Assembly (NCBI GenBank): GCA_965215125.1
Contig: OZ244052.1
Location: 2,080,001-2,144,000 of the forward strand
Origin: an uncultured candidatus Porisulfidus sp.
GTDB lineage: Bacteria > Pseudomonadota > Gammaproteobacteria > Poriferisulfidales > Oxydemutatoraceae
Direction: 5' to 3'
DNA length: 64,000 nt
In this document: positions 8,523 to 19,150 of the stretch, in pieces
Position numbering within the stretch: the stretch's first letter is position 1
Layout: each line of letters opens with the position of its first letter
The notes under the pieces: model-generated
Seen by the model: the letters and a program-made list of their open reading frames with translations, nothing else
Database searches by the model: none
What the model was told of the DNA's origin: nothing
Made by a program: the position numbers and the translations under genes

Positions 8523-9098
8523 ATGATATTCGCAAAGCTATACCGAAAAACAATTTCGTGGGCGCAAAGTCCGAATGCACTCAAATATCTATACGGGTGG
8601 AGTGTTGCCGAATCGGTTTTTTTTCCGATACCGACGGAAGCATTGATGATACCTATCTGTGCGACGCAAGCAAACAATGCACTGCGGATTGCATTTTGGG
8701 TCACAGTAACTTCGGTTGTCGGTGGTTTGATCGGTTATGCGATAGGTTATTTTTTGTTCAACGAGATAGAACCTTGGATCAGAACAGCCGGCTACTACGC
8801 CGCATATCAGCAATCGGTTGAATTGTTTGACGAGTGGGGGGCATGGATTATTTTGGTTGCGGCGTTTAGCCCGATCCCTTATAAGCTGTTCACGATTAGT
8901 GCCGGCGTATTAAGCCAGAGCCTGCCGATTTTCATACTCGCTTCGCTGATCGGCAGAGGGGCGCGCTATTTTCTGGTTGCATTATTGTTGCGCTACGCCG
9001 GTCCGAAGATCATGCCTTATTTGGAACAACGCATCGAACTCTTCGGTTGGGCAACCGTAGTGATTTTAGCGGTTATAATTTATGCCTATTATGTTTAA
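8523..9098 (+). CDS. yqaA: YqaA/DedA-family membrane protein
   Basis: AESVFFPIP, GGLIGYAIG, FSPIPYKLFTISAG and GRGARY motifs. Usual position between pcm and nlpD. Start moved to MIFAK. Confidence 0.88.
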   Translation: MIFAKLYRKTISWAQSPNALKYLYGWSVAESVFFPIPTEALMIPICATQANNALRIAFWVTVTSVVGGLIGYAIGYFLFNEIEPWIRTAGYYAAYQQSVELFDEWGAWIILVAAFSPIPYKLFTISAGVLSQSLPIFILASLIGRGARYFLVALLLRYAGPKIMPYLEQRIELFGWATVVILAVIIYAYYV

Positions 9099-9786
9099 CA
9101 CCGAACCTATACTAAAACTTTCTGCAATGTTGTTTGCGATAACCGCATTGTCGGCCTGTGCTACTATTCAGGAATATTGGACGGACGATCAGAAAGTCGT
9201 CTTATCTCCTAAAACCTACACGGTCAACAAAGGCGATACGCTTTACAGCATCGCTTGGCTTTACGAACTCGATTATCGCCGACTGGCACAATGGAACGAC
9301 ATCAAGGCACCGAATTATTTAATCTATCCCGGACAGCAGCTACGGCTGGACTCGCCCGAACCGGCTACCGAGCCGGAACCCGGAGTCAAGCAAACAGCCG
9401 CAAAGGCGATCCATCTTTCGGGGTGGCAGTGGCCGTTGAATAAGCCTGATGTGAAGGCATTGCCTCGCTCCAACGCTCTATTGATGAAAGGTAAACCTTC
9501 CGAAGCCGTGCATGCAACCGCCGCCGGTGTCGTCGTTTATAGCGGGTTTAATTTGAAACATTATGACGGTTTGATTATCATAAAGCACGACGGCGACATC
9601 TTCAGCGTCTACGGGAATAACGAAGCACTTTTGGTAATAGAGAGAGAACGGGTTGCCGTCGGACAAGAGATTGCGCGGCTGCCGGCATCGCAAGCCGACG
9701 CAAATCTGTATTTTGAAATTAAGCATCGCAATAAATCCTTAAAAGCGGTCAATTATTTATCGGACTTAACAATATCGACTCGTTGA
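9082..9786 (+). CDS. nlpD: NlpD-like lipoprotein (LysM plus degenerate M23 domain)
   Basis: Lipobox LSAC, LysM (YTVNKGDTLYSIAW...IYPGQQL) and WQWP. The M23 fold lacks the Zn ligands. Confidence 0.85.
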   Translation: MPIMFNTEPILKLSAMLFAITALSACATIQEYWTDDQKVVLSPKTYTVNKGDTLYSIAWLYELDYRRLAQWNDIKAPNYLIYPGQQLRLDSPEPATEPEPGVKQTAAKAIHLSGWQWPLNKPDVKALPRSNALLMKGKPSEAVHATAAGVVVYSGFNLKHYDGLIIIKHDGDIFSVYGNNEALLVIERERVAVGQEIARLPASQADANLYFEIKHRNKSLKAVNYLSDLTISTR

Positions 9787-9789
9787 ACT

Positions 9790-10962
9790 ATGCCAACCGA
9801 AGAATTTCATAGAATACAACGGCTACCGCCGTATGTTTTCAATATCGTCAACGAATTGAAGCAAGCCGAACGGGCGCGCGGAGAAGATGTCATAGATTTG
9901 GGCATGGGCAACCCCGACCAACCCGCACCGCAGCATGTGGTCGATAAGCTGATAGAAACCTGTAGCCGCAAAGATACCCATCGTTACTCCATGTCCAGAG
10001 GTATTCCCAGATTACGTGCTGCGATATGCAACTGGTATAAGCGCAAATACGATGTGGTGTTGGATCCCGAAAGCGAAGCAATCGTCACCATAGGTTCCAA
10101 AGACGGCTTGGCACATCTTGCGTTGGCGGTGTTGGGTCCCGGTGATTGCGTGCTGGTGCCTACGCCGGCGTATCCTATACATCCGTACGGCTGTGTGATT
10201 GCCGGTGCCGATGTGCAGTACCTTGCGTTGAGCGATAGTGAGAGTTTCTTCGACGGCTTGCAACAGGCGATACAAAATAGCTGGCCGCGTCCCAAGCTAT
10301 TGCTCCTCAATTTTCCGTGCAACCCGACGACGCAGTGCGTGTCGCTTGATTTTTTTGAAAAAGCGGTGGCAATCGCACGCGAACACGATATGTGGATAAT
10401 CAACGACAACGCATACGCCGAGATCGTCTTTGACGGCTACCGAGCACCTTCTCTACTGCAAGTTCCGGGTGCCACCGATATCGGTGTGGAGTTCTATTCT
10501 TTATCAAAGACATATAATATGCCGGGCTGGCGAGTCGGTTTTATGTGCGGCAACCGCACCCTAGTGCAGGCGTTGGCGAGGATCAAGTCTTATTTGGACT
10601 ATGGTTTGTTCACACCGATACAGGTTGCTGCGATCAGCGCGTTGGAAAGTTCCCAAGCGTGTGTTGCCGAAACCGTGGCACTCTATCAGGGCCGTCGTGA
10701 TGTATTATGCGAAGGTTTGGATAAAATAGGGTGGCACTTTGAAAAACCCAAAGCGACGATGTTTGTCTGGGCACCGGTGCCGGCAGCCTACGCCGACAAA
10801 GGTTCGCTGGAGTTTTCAAAGTTGCTGTTGAAAGAAGCGAAAGTTGCGGTGTCGCCGGGCATCGGTTTCGGCAAGAACGGCGACTCGCATATACGCTTTA
10901 GCCTGATAGAGAATAAACAGCGTATCAGACAAGCGGTTAGAAATATCAAGAGAATATTGTAA
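9790..10962 (+). CDS. alaC: Class I aminotransferase, AlaC-type alanine transaminase
   Basis: [36 protein letters not shown] and RIKSYLDYG motifs. Upstream of hom. Confidence 0.9.
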   Translation: MPTEEFHRIQRLPPYVFNIVNELKQAERARGEDVIDLGMGNPDQPAPQHVVDKLIETCSRKDTHRYSMSRGIPRLRAAICNWYKRKYDVVLDPESEAIVTIGSKDGLAHLALAVLGPGDCVLVPTPAYPIHPYGCVIAGADVQYLALSDSESFFDGLQQAIQNSWPRPKLLLLNFPCNPTTQCVSLDFFEKAVAIAREHDMWIINDNAYAEIVFDGYRAPSLLQVPGATDIGVEFYSLSKTYNMPGWRVGFMCGNRTLVQALARIKSYLDYGLFTPIQVAAISALESSQACVAETVALYQGRRDVLCEGLDKIGWHFEKPKATMFVWAPVPAAYADKGSLEFSKLLLKEAKVAVSPGIGFGKNGDSHIRFSLIENKQRIRQAVRNIKRIL

Positions 10963-10990
10963 CGAACACGAGACTAAAGAAGCAAAACAA

Positions 10991-12313
10991 ATGAAACAAA
11001 TGAAAATCGGTCTGTTAGGTTTGGGTACCGTCGGTTGTGGCATGATTAAAGTATTGTCTCGCAATGCAGCGGAAATCGCACGTCGCGCCGGATGTCGATT
11101 GGAGGTCGTTGCGGCAACGGCGCGCGACCTGAACAAAGCACGCGCCGTCGATTTATCGGGCATACAGCTGGTTGCCGACCCGATGCAAATTGTGACCGAC
11201 CCGCAGATCGATATAGTCGTAGAACTCATCGGCGGCAACGAACCGGCGTACAGTCTAATCGTCGCAGCGATAGAGTCCGGCAAACATGTGGTGACCGCAA
11301 ATAAGGCATTGATTGCCAATCACGGCAACGAGATATTCAAAGTTGCCGGCGAGCAAGGTGTGATGGTGAGCTACGAGGCGGCGGTTGCCGGCGGTGTGCC
11401 GGTTATCAAAGCGATACGAGAGTCTCTGGCAGCGAACCGCATCCAAAGCATAGTCGGCATTATCAACGGCACCTCTAACTATATACTAACCGAGGTCGGT
11501 GAAAAGCAGCGTAGTTTTACCGAGGCTTTAGCCGATGCACAACGCTTAGGCTACGCCGAGATGGATCCTAGCTTCGATGTCGACGGCATCGACACCGCAC
11601 ACAAGCTGATGATTATGGCGGCGACCGCATTCGGCATCCCGCTACAATTCAATGCGGTACATATAGAAGGTATACGCAACATAGAGGTACAAGATGTTGC
11701 GTATGCCGAAGAGCTAGGCTACAAGATCAAGCACTTGGGCATCGCGAAACGTAATAGCGAGGGCAATCGCGAAGGCATAGAATTGCGCGTCCATCCCACC
11801 CTGATTCCGCTACACTCGATGCTGGCGAATGTCTCGGGTGTGATGAACGCCGTAGTGATAAACAGCGATGCCGCCGGTGCGACTTTATATTATGGTGCCG
11901 GTGCCGGCGGTGAGGCGACCGCCTCGGCGGTGATTGCCGATCTAATCGATGTCAGCCGCGCCCTCAACGCAAACCCCGAACATCGGGTACCGCATCTTGC
12001 TTTTCAGCCCGACGAACTGTCCGACCTGCCGGTGTCGGAAATAGGGCAGACGAAGACGGCGCGTTATTTGCGTCTTCAAGTTGAAGATAAGTCGGGTGTG
12101 TTGGCCAACATCACCCGCATATTGAGCGAATTCGACATCAGTATAGAAGCGGTATTGCAAAAGGATACCGCCACTGCGCACAACCCGCTGGTACCGCTGG
12201 TATTGTTGATTTATCCGGTCAAAGAGTCCGATATCCAAGAGGCGATAACGCAGATGGAGTCGTTACCCGAAGTGACCGATCGCGTCATCAGCTATCGCCT
12301 GGAGGTGAATTGA
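10991..12313 (+). CDS. hom: Homoserine dehydrogenase with C-terminal ACT domain
   Basis: GLGTVG, VVTANKA, YEAAVAGG, NGTSNYIL and GAGAGGEATASAV motifs. Confidence 0.97.
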   Translation: MKQMKIGLLGLGTVGCGMIKVLSRNAAEIARRAGCRLEVVAATARDLNKARAVDLSGIQLVADPMQIVTDPQIDIVVELIGGNEPAYSLIVAAIESGKHVVTANKALIANHGNEIFKVAGEQGVMVSYEAAVAGGVPVIKAIRESLAANRIQSIVGIINGTSNYILTEVGEKQRSFTEALADAQRLGYAEMDPSFDVDGIDTAHKLMIMAATAFGIPLQFNAVHIEGIRNIEVQDVAYAEELGYKIKHLGIAKRNSEGNREGIELRVHPTLIPLHSMLANVSGVMNAVVINSDAAGATLYYGAGAGGEATASAVIADLIDVSRALNANPEHRVPHLAFQPDELSDLPVSEIGQTKTARYLRLQVEDKSGVLANITRILSEFDISIEAVLQKDTATAHNPLVPLVLLIYPVKESDIQEAITQMESLPEVTDRVISYRLEVN

Positions 12314-13437
12314 GTTATCCGATGCCGGGACTGATAGAAAAATATAGAGATTGTTTGCCGTTGCCTGCCGATGCCGAGGCAATTTCGTTATGCGAGGGTG
12401 CAACCCCGCTGATTCAACTGCGCAACATTCCCGAACTCTTTGACATAGACCTTGAATTGTATGTCAAATACGAAGGGTTGAACCCCACCGGTTCGTTCAA
12501 GGATAGAGGCATGACCGTTGCCGTTAGCCATGCGGTTTCGGAAAAACAAAAAGCGGTTATCTGCGCATCCACGGGCAACACCTCGGCATCGGCAGCGGCT
12601 TATGCGGCGCGAGCCGGAATGCGTTGCTTCGTGCTGATACCCGAAGGTAAGATCGCTACCGGCAAACTTGCCCAAGCGATGATAGAGGGTGCAACGGTGA
12701 TACAGATCAAAGGAAACTTCGATCAAGGCATGGAACTCGTCAAGCAGATTTCCGAGCAATCCGCCGTTGCCGTCGTTAACTCCATTAACCCGTATCGCTT
12801 GCAAGGTCAAAAGACCGCATCGCTGGAGATTATAGAAGTCCTCGGTGGTGCGCCCGACTACCATTGCTTGCCGGTCGGCAACGCCGGAAATATCTCGGCG
12901 TATTGGATGGGCTACAGCGAAGCGGCAGGGCAAGGCAGTTTCTGCATAAACCAAGCACGCACGGCACTATCCGATCACTATAAATCGGCATCGGTGATTG
13001 CCGCAACACGACCTAAAATGTTAGGCTACCAAGCGCAAGGAGCAGCACCGATCCTCGCCGGATATAAAATAGACAAACCCGAGACCGTTGCAACCGCGAT
13101 CAGAATAGGCAACCCGCAAAGTTGGGAGATGGCAGTCAGTGCGAGCCGAGAATCGCAAGGCTGGTTCGCCGTATGTAGCGACGACGAAATCCTCTCGGCA
13201 CAACGTCTGCTTGCCGAGAAAGAAGGCATCTTTTGCGAACCGGCATCGGCAATCTCTATCGCCGGCTTAATCAAAGACATCGCTGCCGGTAAAATTGAGC
13301 CGGACAGCCGTATCGTCTGTACCTTGACCGGCCACGGACTCAAAGACCCCGACATTGCAATCCACCAATCTGCCACTCGAGCAACGCAAGCCGTAGCCGC
13401 CGAATTCAATTCCATCAGCGAACTCATCAACTTGTAG
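12310..13437 (+). CDS. thrC: Threonine synthase
   Basis: NPTGSFKDRGM, CASTGNTSAS, PVGNAGN, EPASA and TGHGLKD motifs. TTG start with GGAGG RBS. Confidence 0.96.
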   Translation: MSYPMPGLIEKYRDCLPLPADAEAISLCEGATPLIQLRNIPELFDIDLELYVKYEGLNPTGSFKDRGMTVAVSHAVSEKQKAVICASTGNTSASAAAYAARAGMRCFVLIPEGKIATGKLAQAMIEGATVIQIKGNFDQGMELVKQISEQSAVAVVNSINPYRLQGQKTASLEIIEVLGGAPDYHCLPVGNAGNISAYWMGYSEAAGQGSFCINQARTALSDHYKSASVIAATRPKMLGYQAQGAAPILAGYKIDKPETVATAIRIGNPQSWEMAVSASRESQGWFAVCSDDEILSAQRLLAEKEGIFCEPASAISIAGLIKDIAAGKIEPDSRIVCTLTGHGLKDPDIAIHQSATRATQAVAAEFNSISELINL

Positions 13438-13503
13438 GGATAAATTCACCGGATGGTCGTGAGCGTACGGCACGATTTATATATTCACTTATCCAATTTA
13501 CGA
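13432..13503. repeat. Degenerate copy of the MITE internal module, between convergent thrC and kdsC
   Basis: gcacgattttatatattcacttatccaattta resembles gcacgatttatacattcattcatccaattta (8381-8411). Confidence 0.6.
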
Positions 13504-13506
13504 TAA

Positions 13507-14013
13507 CTACTCGTAGTGAAGGTTTTGCGCTTTGAGAATAAGGTCGCAGACTTGGCGTGCGGCACCGCGTCCACCGTCGGCGGAGGTAATCCAATCGGCT
13601 CGTCGGCGGACCGTTTCATGCCCGTCGGCAGGGGCTAATGCAAGACCTACCGAGTTCATCGCCGGCAAGTCTATAAAATCGTCGCCCATATAAGCAATTT
13701 GTTGCATGGTGATATCCAACATTACTATCAGGGCATCCAGAACCGATTTTTTATCGAGACAGCCTTGAAACACATGCTCCACGCCTAAATCTTTCATTCT
13801 ATTTGCGACAATGGTAGATTTTCGTGCGCTGATTACTGCAACCTCTATGCGGTGGGCTAGCAATAAGCGTATGCCGGTGCCGTCTTTGACATCAAAACTT
13901 CTAGCCTCGCCGCCTTCGCTAATCCATATCAGTCTGCCGTCGGTCAAAACACCGTCCACATCGAATACCACCAGTTTTATTTGCGAGGCTTTTTCTATAA
14001 TTTCTTTATCCAT
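13507..14013 (-). CDS. kdsC: KDO 8-phosphate phosphatase (HAD family)
   Basis: FDVDGVLTDG, FDVKDG, YMGDDFID and GGRGAAR motifs. Start moved to MDKEII. Confidence 0.93.
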   Translation of the reverse strand: MDKEIIEKASQIKLVVFDVDGVLTDGRLIWISEGGEARSFDVKDGTGIRLLLAHRIEVAVISARKSTIVANRMKDLGVEHVFQGCLDKKSVLDALIVMLDITMQQIAYMGDDFIDLPAMNSVGLALAPADGHETVRRRADWITSADGGRGAARQVCDLILKAQNLHYE

Positions 14014-14134
14014 GGGTTTGCCTTGGTCGGCATAGTGATAAAATAAGTAATCAATCGTAATCGTGTTGAAAGATGTATTATAGACTAATCGCACCGCACT
14101 TAGATAAAATACGAAGCAAAACAAGGAGAAATCT

Positions 14135-14464
14135 ATGGAAATTCAAATATCCGGACAAGGTTTTGATGTTACAAAACCTATAGAAGCGCATATCAACGAA
14201 AAATTAGAGAAAATACGCAAACACTTTGACCATCTGGTGACCGCACATGTTGTACTAAAGATAGAGAAAAATTTTCATATTGCGGAGATAACCGTGCATG
14301 CCAGCCACCATGATTTTTTTGTTCGTGCCAAATCCGGCGATATGTACACAACGGTAGATAGGCTTATTCCCAAGCTCAATCGTCAAATAATTAAGCATAA
14401 GGAAAAATTAAGAGATCACCACTCCAAAGAAGTTGTGCACCACAATATCAAAGCTAAAAGATAG
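14135..14464 (+). CDS. hpf: Ribosome hibernation promoting factor (HPF/RaiA)
   Basis: MEIQISG...KLEKI..HFD, AEIT and DMY..VD....KL.RQ..KHKEK motifs. Confidence 0.92.
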   Translation: MEIQISGQGFDVTKPIEAHINEKLEKIRKHFDHLVTAHVVLKIEKNFHIAEITVHASHHDFFVRAKSGDMYTTVDRLIPKLNRQIIKHKEKLRDHHSKEVVHHNIKAKR

Positions 14465-14466
14465 CA

Positions 14467-14916
14467 ATGAATTTTAGCGATTATCTAGATTTGGAACACA
14501 TAAGACTGATAGCCTCGGCAACGAAAAAGAAATCTTTGGTGATATTGTCCGAGATGGCGTGTCAGTCTACACCGCTAGACCCTCATGTCGTATTGACAAG
14601 TTTATTCGAGCGCGAGCAGCTCGGCAGTACCGCAATAGGTAAAGGTGTTGCGATTCCGCACTGTCGCATCGATGGTTTGAGTAATCCGATCGTGTCATTA
14701 TTGCGGGTATCGCAAGGAATAGACTACGAAGCACCCGATGGATTGCCGGTTAAACTCATATTTGCTTTGCTTTTTCCGTCGGATGCAACGCAGCGGCATC
14801 TGGACATCTTGGCGAGCTTGGCAAGTCGTTTTAACGAGATGGCTAATGTGAACGAACTATTGTCGGCAAAAAACGAATCCGATTTGTTGCATCGACTCAA
14901 GATGCCCGCCGCATGA
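14467..14916 (+). CDS. ptsN: PTS IIA-like nitrogen regulatory protein
   Basis: EREQLGSTAIGKGVAIPH and APDGLPV motifs. Follows hpf. Confidence 0.92.
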   Translation: MNFSDYLDLEHIRLIASATKKKSLVILSEMACQSTPLDPHVVLTSLFEREQLGSTAIGKGVAIPHCRIDGLSNPIVSLLRVSQGIDYEAPDGLPVKLIFALLFPSDATQRHLDILASLASRFNEMANVNELLSAKNESDLLHRLKMPAA

Positions 14917-15857
14917 GTGCCAATATCCCTACGGTCGGTGAATTATTCGACCATCTGAAGGATCAGTTACAGCTACAATGGGTTGCAGGACGAGGGTCTG
15001 CCGATAAGCGTTTTATCAAGCACGGAGAAAACCAGCCCGTTGATATCATAGGTTATTTCAATCCTATACATTCAAGTCAGGTACATATATTGGATAATGC
15101 CGAGATGGCGTACCTAGAGTCGCTCAAGGGTAGCGTGTTGGAAAACGCATTGCATAATTTATTCAGTGAGACCTGTTTGGCGGTACTCGTCAGTAATGCA
15201 CAAAAACCTATGCCGGATATGCAAGTCTTGTCAGACAAACGAAATATTGCTTTGTTTATTTCCTCGCTGGGTGGAGAACCCTTAGTTGACGATTTGCGCT
15301 ATTATTTATCTCGCACACTTGCCGAAAAATTAACCATGCACGGCGTATTCATGGAGGTCATCAGCATCGGTGTATTGCTTACCGGCGATAGCGGGGTAGG
15401 GAAGAGCGAACTTGCGTTGGAATTGATTACCCGAGGACACCGTTTAATAGCCGACGATACGCCGGTATTCACTCGTATCGCACCCGATATCGTACAAGGT
15501 ACCGCCCCGCCGCCGATTCAAGATTTTTTGGAGGTGCGTGGTTTGGGTATTTTGAACATTCGCCAAATGTACGGTAACAGCGCGGTCAAAGAGACTAAAT
15601 ATTTGCGTCAGATTATAGATCTTAAATTTGCCGGCAAAGACTCGAGCGTCAATAAAGATCGCTTAAGAAGCGCACAACGCACGATGAACGTACTCGGTTT
15701 GGAAATCCCGGTTTTTACTCTGCCGGTTGCCCCGGGGCGCAACTTGGCCGTTTTGGTTGAAGCGGCAGCAAGAAATCATATTCTTCGTGTCGGTGGCTAC
15801 TACGCCGAAGAGGAAATCGCCGCCCGCCAGAGAAACTATATGGATGCCGGCCGATGA
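14913..15857 (+). CDS. hprK: HPr kinase/phosphorylase
   Basis: HGVF, GDSGVGKSELALELITRGHRLIADD, LEVRGLG and PVAPGRN motifs. Confidence 0.96.
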   Translation: MSANIPTVGELFDHLKDQLQLQWVAGRGSADKRFIKHGENQPVDIIGYFNPIHSSQVHILDNAEMAYLESLKGSVLENALHNLFSETCLAVLVSNAQKPMPDMQVLSDKRNIALFISSLGGEPLVDDLRYYLSRTLAEKLTMHGVFMEVISIGVLLTGDSGVGKSELALELITRGHRLIADDTPVFTRIAPDIVQGTAPPPIQDFLEVRGLGILNIRQMYGNSAVKETKYLRQIIDLKFAGKDSSVNKDRLRSAQRTMNVLGLEIPVFTLPVAPGRNLAVLVEAAARNHILRVGGYYAEEEIAARQRNYMDAGR

Positions 15858-16714
15858 GATTCGTTATTGTCAGCGGTCTATCCGGTGCCGGTAAGTCGGT
15901 GACATTACAGACTCTGGAAGACCATAACTTCTATTGCATAGACAACATGCCTTTGGAATTTCTCGACGAACTGACTAAGCGATTGCTTGCCGAGCAAATC
16001 AAACTCGGCGATAGAATCGCAGTCAGCATAGATACCCGTAACCTAATCACCCAATCCACCGATATTAAATTGATACTGGAGCGGTTGGAAAATGCCGGGT
16101 TTGATACAAAACTGATTTTTTTAAGGGCATCCGAAGAGGTATTGGAGCATCGCTATAACGAGACGCGACGGCCGCACCCGTTGTCTATATATGAGAGCAA
16201 GCCGCTGAAAGCATGTATAAAAACCGAGATTAACTTGCTCGACGAGATTGCTTCGTACGCCGGTGTTTGCATAGATAACACGAATATGAACCAATACGGA
16301 CTTCGTGACATCGTTGCCAAGCAACTGGAACTGGATAAAGTGCCGCTGTCCATATTATTAAAATCTTTCGGTTACAAAAAAGGTGTTCCTACAAACTCGG
16401 ACTATATTTTTGATGTGCGTTGTTTGGCAAATCCGTATTGGATACCCGAACTGAGACGGCATTTGGGCACCGATTCGGAAGTGCGAGCTTTTTTAGACAA
16501 GTCGCCTAAAAGCATAGAGTTATTCGACGATATCTTCGCTTTTTTACAAAAATGGATACCGTACTACGAGTCCGATATGCGTTCTTATTTTACGGTGGCC
16601 GTAGGATGTACCGGCGGGCGACATCGCTCGGTGTATATGGTAGAAAAACTCTATCTAAAATTATCCGAGGAGAAACCGGAATACGATATTAATAAAGAGC
16701 ACCGGGACATATAG
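15854..16714 (+). CDS. rapZ: RNase adapter RapZ
   Basis: SGLSGAGKS, ETRRPHP, SFGYK, FDVRCL.NP and GCTGGRHRS motifs. Confidence 0.96.
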   Translation: MRFVIVSGLSGAGKSVTLQTLEDHNFYCIDNMPLEFLDELTKRLLAEQIKLGDRIAVSIDTRNLITQSTDIKLILERLENAGFDTKLIFLRASEEVLEHRYNETRRPHPLSIYESKPLKACIKTEINLLDEIASYAGVCIDNTNMNQYGLRDIVAKQLELDKVPLSILLKSFGYKKGVPTNSDYIFDVRCLANPYWIPELRRHLGTDSEVRAFLDKSPKSIELFDDIFAFLQKWIPYYESDMRSYFTVAVGCTGGRHRSVYMVEKLYLKLSEEKPEYDINKEHRDI

Positions 16715-16747
16715 CGATGTTTCACTATTCACGGTGCAAATAATACG

Positions 16748-17134
16748 ATGGCAACTTCTATTTTATTGCTTACCCATAACGGTATCGGTGATAGCCTTAT
16801 GGCTACCGCTAAAAGACTGATGCCGTCTTCGTCTACTCGTGTAGGCGTTTATGCGGTGCCGTACGACTGCGTGCCGGAGAACGAGGTTATCGGGTTAAAG
16901 CAATATTGTGCGGAACTGGATCAAGGTTCCGGTGTATTGTTATTAACCGATTTGTACGGAGCAACACCCTCTAATATTGCGATGCAGTTGCAGGATGATG
17001 CGAATAGATGGTTGGTAGGCGGACTCAATCTGGCGATGTTACTCAAAGTGTTGAATTATAGTGATTTGGAGGGTAAAGCACTTGCTCAAAAAGCATACGA
17101 AGGAGGGCGCGACAGCGTGGTAATAACATGGTAA
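16748..17134 (+). CDS. PTS mannose/fructose-type IIA component
   Basis: LLLTHNG, LTDLYGATPSN and GLNLAML motifs. Confidence 0.9.
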   Translation: MATSILLLTHNGIGDSLMATAKRLMPSSSTRVGVYAVPYDCVPENEVIGLKQYCAELDQGSGVLLLTDLYGATPSNIAMQLQDDANRWLVGGLNLAMLLKVLNYSDLEGKALAQKAYEGGRDSVVITW

Positions 17135-17397
17135 AGTTGGAGACCACGATTATCAATAAGCTGGGATTGCATGCCCGCGCGGCGGCGAAGTTTGTTTCGC
17201 TTGCGTCAAGTTTCGCAAGCGATATAAAGATAAGCAAAGACGATCAAACGGTCAACGGCAAGAGTATCATGGGAGTTATTATGTTGGCAGCGGCAAAAGA
17301 TACGCCGTTGTTACTGACCATAGACGGTGAGGACGAAGAAGAAGCGGCAAACGGGCTTTGCGAACTTATAAACGACCGTTTCGGAGAGGAGGAATAA
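17128..17397 (+). CDS. ptsH: Phosphocarrier protein HPr/NPr
   Basis: NKLGLHARAAAK and NGKSIMG motifs. Confidence 0.93.
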   Translation: MVKLETTIINKLGLHARAAAKFVSLASSFASDIKISKDDQTVNGKSIMGVIMLAAAKDTPLLLTIDGEDEEEAANGLCELINDRFGEEE

Positions 17398-17399
17398 CC

Positions 17400-19139
17400 A
17401 TGACGATGTTGTTGAACGGTAGCGGGGTGTCCAAAGGCATAGGCATCGGTCCGGTACATCTGTTTGAACACGGTAAAGGCGAAATTACGCATTATAAGAT
17501 AAGCAAAAGTCGGGTACGGTCGGAAATCGCTCGTTTCAATAGAGCGCACAAACTTGCGGTGGCACATTTGAAGAATGTTAGAAAACTGATTCCCGGTGAT
17601 GCACCCGAGGAAATTGCCACATTCATAGACTCGCATTTGCTGATGATAGCCGATGTGCCTCTGAAGCAAGCCCCGATACAGATTATAGAAGAGCAATTAT
17701 GCAATGCCGAGTGGGCCCTTGATATACAAAAGAAAAAGTTGGTTCAAATCTTCGACGCAATGCAAGATAGTTATCTAAAGACCAGACGCAACGATGTAGA
17801 GCATATCATCCGCTTGATACAGACCGCGCTGGAGAAGGACAAAGTTGCCGGCAAAGGCGGTAAGCAAACTCGCGAGAAACAGACGAAGCAGCTCAAAGGT
17901 TATATCATAGTCTCGGACGATTTGGCACCCGCCGACACCATCATGTTCGAGGATCAAAAAATAGGTGGTTTTGTAACCGAATACGGCGGCACAACTTCGC
18001 ACACCGCGATTTTGGCACGTAGCTTGGGTATACCGGCAATCGTCGCCGTTCCGAATGTACGCAACCTACTTTGTGAAAACGAAACCATCATCATAGACGG
18101 TAACACCGGTGCGTTAATTGCCGGTGCCGATAAACAAACGATACAGTCGTATCAGAAAAAAATAAAAGCCGACAAAGCGCATCAAAAGCAGCTGGCGGTA
18201 TTAAAGAACAAACCGACCCGTAGCCGCGACGGTGTCGATATCAAGCTGATGACCAATATAGAGTTGAGCGACGAGGTACGCGCCTTTAAGCATAGCGGTG
18301 CCGAGGGTGTGGGGCTGTATCGCACCGAATTTCTTTATGTAGACCGCTACAAAGAAGTGAGCGAAGAGGAACATTTCACCGCCTATAAAAAGATATTGCG
18401 GGTTGCCGCCGATAGGCCGGTGACGATACGTACTTTAGATTTAGGTGCCGAAAAGGAATTCGATCCGGATTACGAGGGACCGATGGCACCCAACCCGGCT
18501 TTGGGTTTGCGTGCGATCCGTCGTTCGTTGAAAAATCCCGACTTGTTTTTGCAGCAGTTGCGTGCGATATTGCGCGCTTCGGTTTACGGAGAAGTGCGCA
18601 TTTTGATTCCTATGCTTACCAGCATCGACGAGTTGGAACAGATTATGGCACTCTATAAATCGGCGCAACGACAATTAAAGGATAAAAAGAGACGTTTTAA
18701 GCAAAACATCAAAATAGGTGGGATGATAGAAGTACCGGCTGCGGCACTCGCCGCCGAGGCCTTCGCTCGTAAGCTCGATTTCCTATCCATAGGCACGAAC
18801 GATTTGATTCAATACGCGTTGGCGATAGATCGCATAGACGAAGAGGTCAACTACTTGTATAATCCGTTGCATCCCGGTGTACTCAACTTGATATCGATCG
18901 TTTTAGATGCAGGGCGACGATTGAATGTGCCGGTGGCAATGTGCGGAGAGATGGCAGGCGATAGCCGTTATACGACTTTGCTGTTGGCGATGGGATTAAG
19001 AGAATTTAGCGTACACCCGAATAACTTACTGGAAATTAAACAAATTATTATGGACAGCGATGTCGGTAGTCTACAGCGTAAATATCAGCGCATGGGAGCG
19101 CATCCCGACCCGGCGCGCATAGCCGAATTTTGTTCTTAA
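17400..19139 (+). CDS. ptsI: PEP-protein phosphotransferase, PTS enzyme I
   Basis: GGTTSHTAILARS, GLYRTEF, RTLDLG, SIGTNDL and MCGEMAGD motifs. Confidence 0.95.
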   Translation: MTMLLNGSGVSKGIGIGPVHLFEHGKGEITHYKISKSRVRSEIARFNRAHKLAVAHLKNVRKLIPGDAPEEIATFIDSHLLMIADVPLKQAPIQIIEEQLCNAEWALDIQKKKLVQIFDAMQDSYLKTRRNDVEHIIRLIQTALEKDKVAGKGGKQTREKQTKQLKGYIIVSDDLAPADTIMFEDQKIGGFVTEYGGTTSHTAILARSLGIPAIVAVPNVRNLLCENETIIIDGNTGALIAGADKQTIQSYQKKIKADKAHQKQLAVLKNKPTRSRDGVDIKLMTNIELSDEVRAFKHSGAEGVGLYRTEFLYVDRYKEVSEEEHFTAYKKILRVAADRPVTIRTLDLGAEKEFDPDYEGPMAPNPALGLRAIRRSLKNPDLFLQQLRAILRASVYGEVRILIPMLTSIDELEQIMALYKSAQRQLKDKKRRFKQNIKIGGMIEVPAAALAAEAFARKLDFLSIGTNDLIQYALAIDRIDEEVNYLYNPLHPGVLNLISIVLDAGRRLNVPVAMCGEMAGDSRYTTLLLAMGLREFSVHPNNLLEIKQIIMDSDVGSLQRKYQRMGAHPDPARIAEFCS

Positions 19140-19150
19140 CGAGTACGAGT

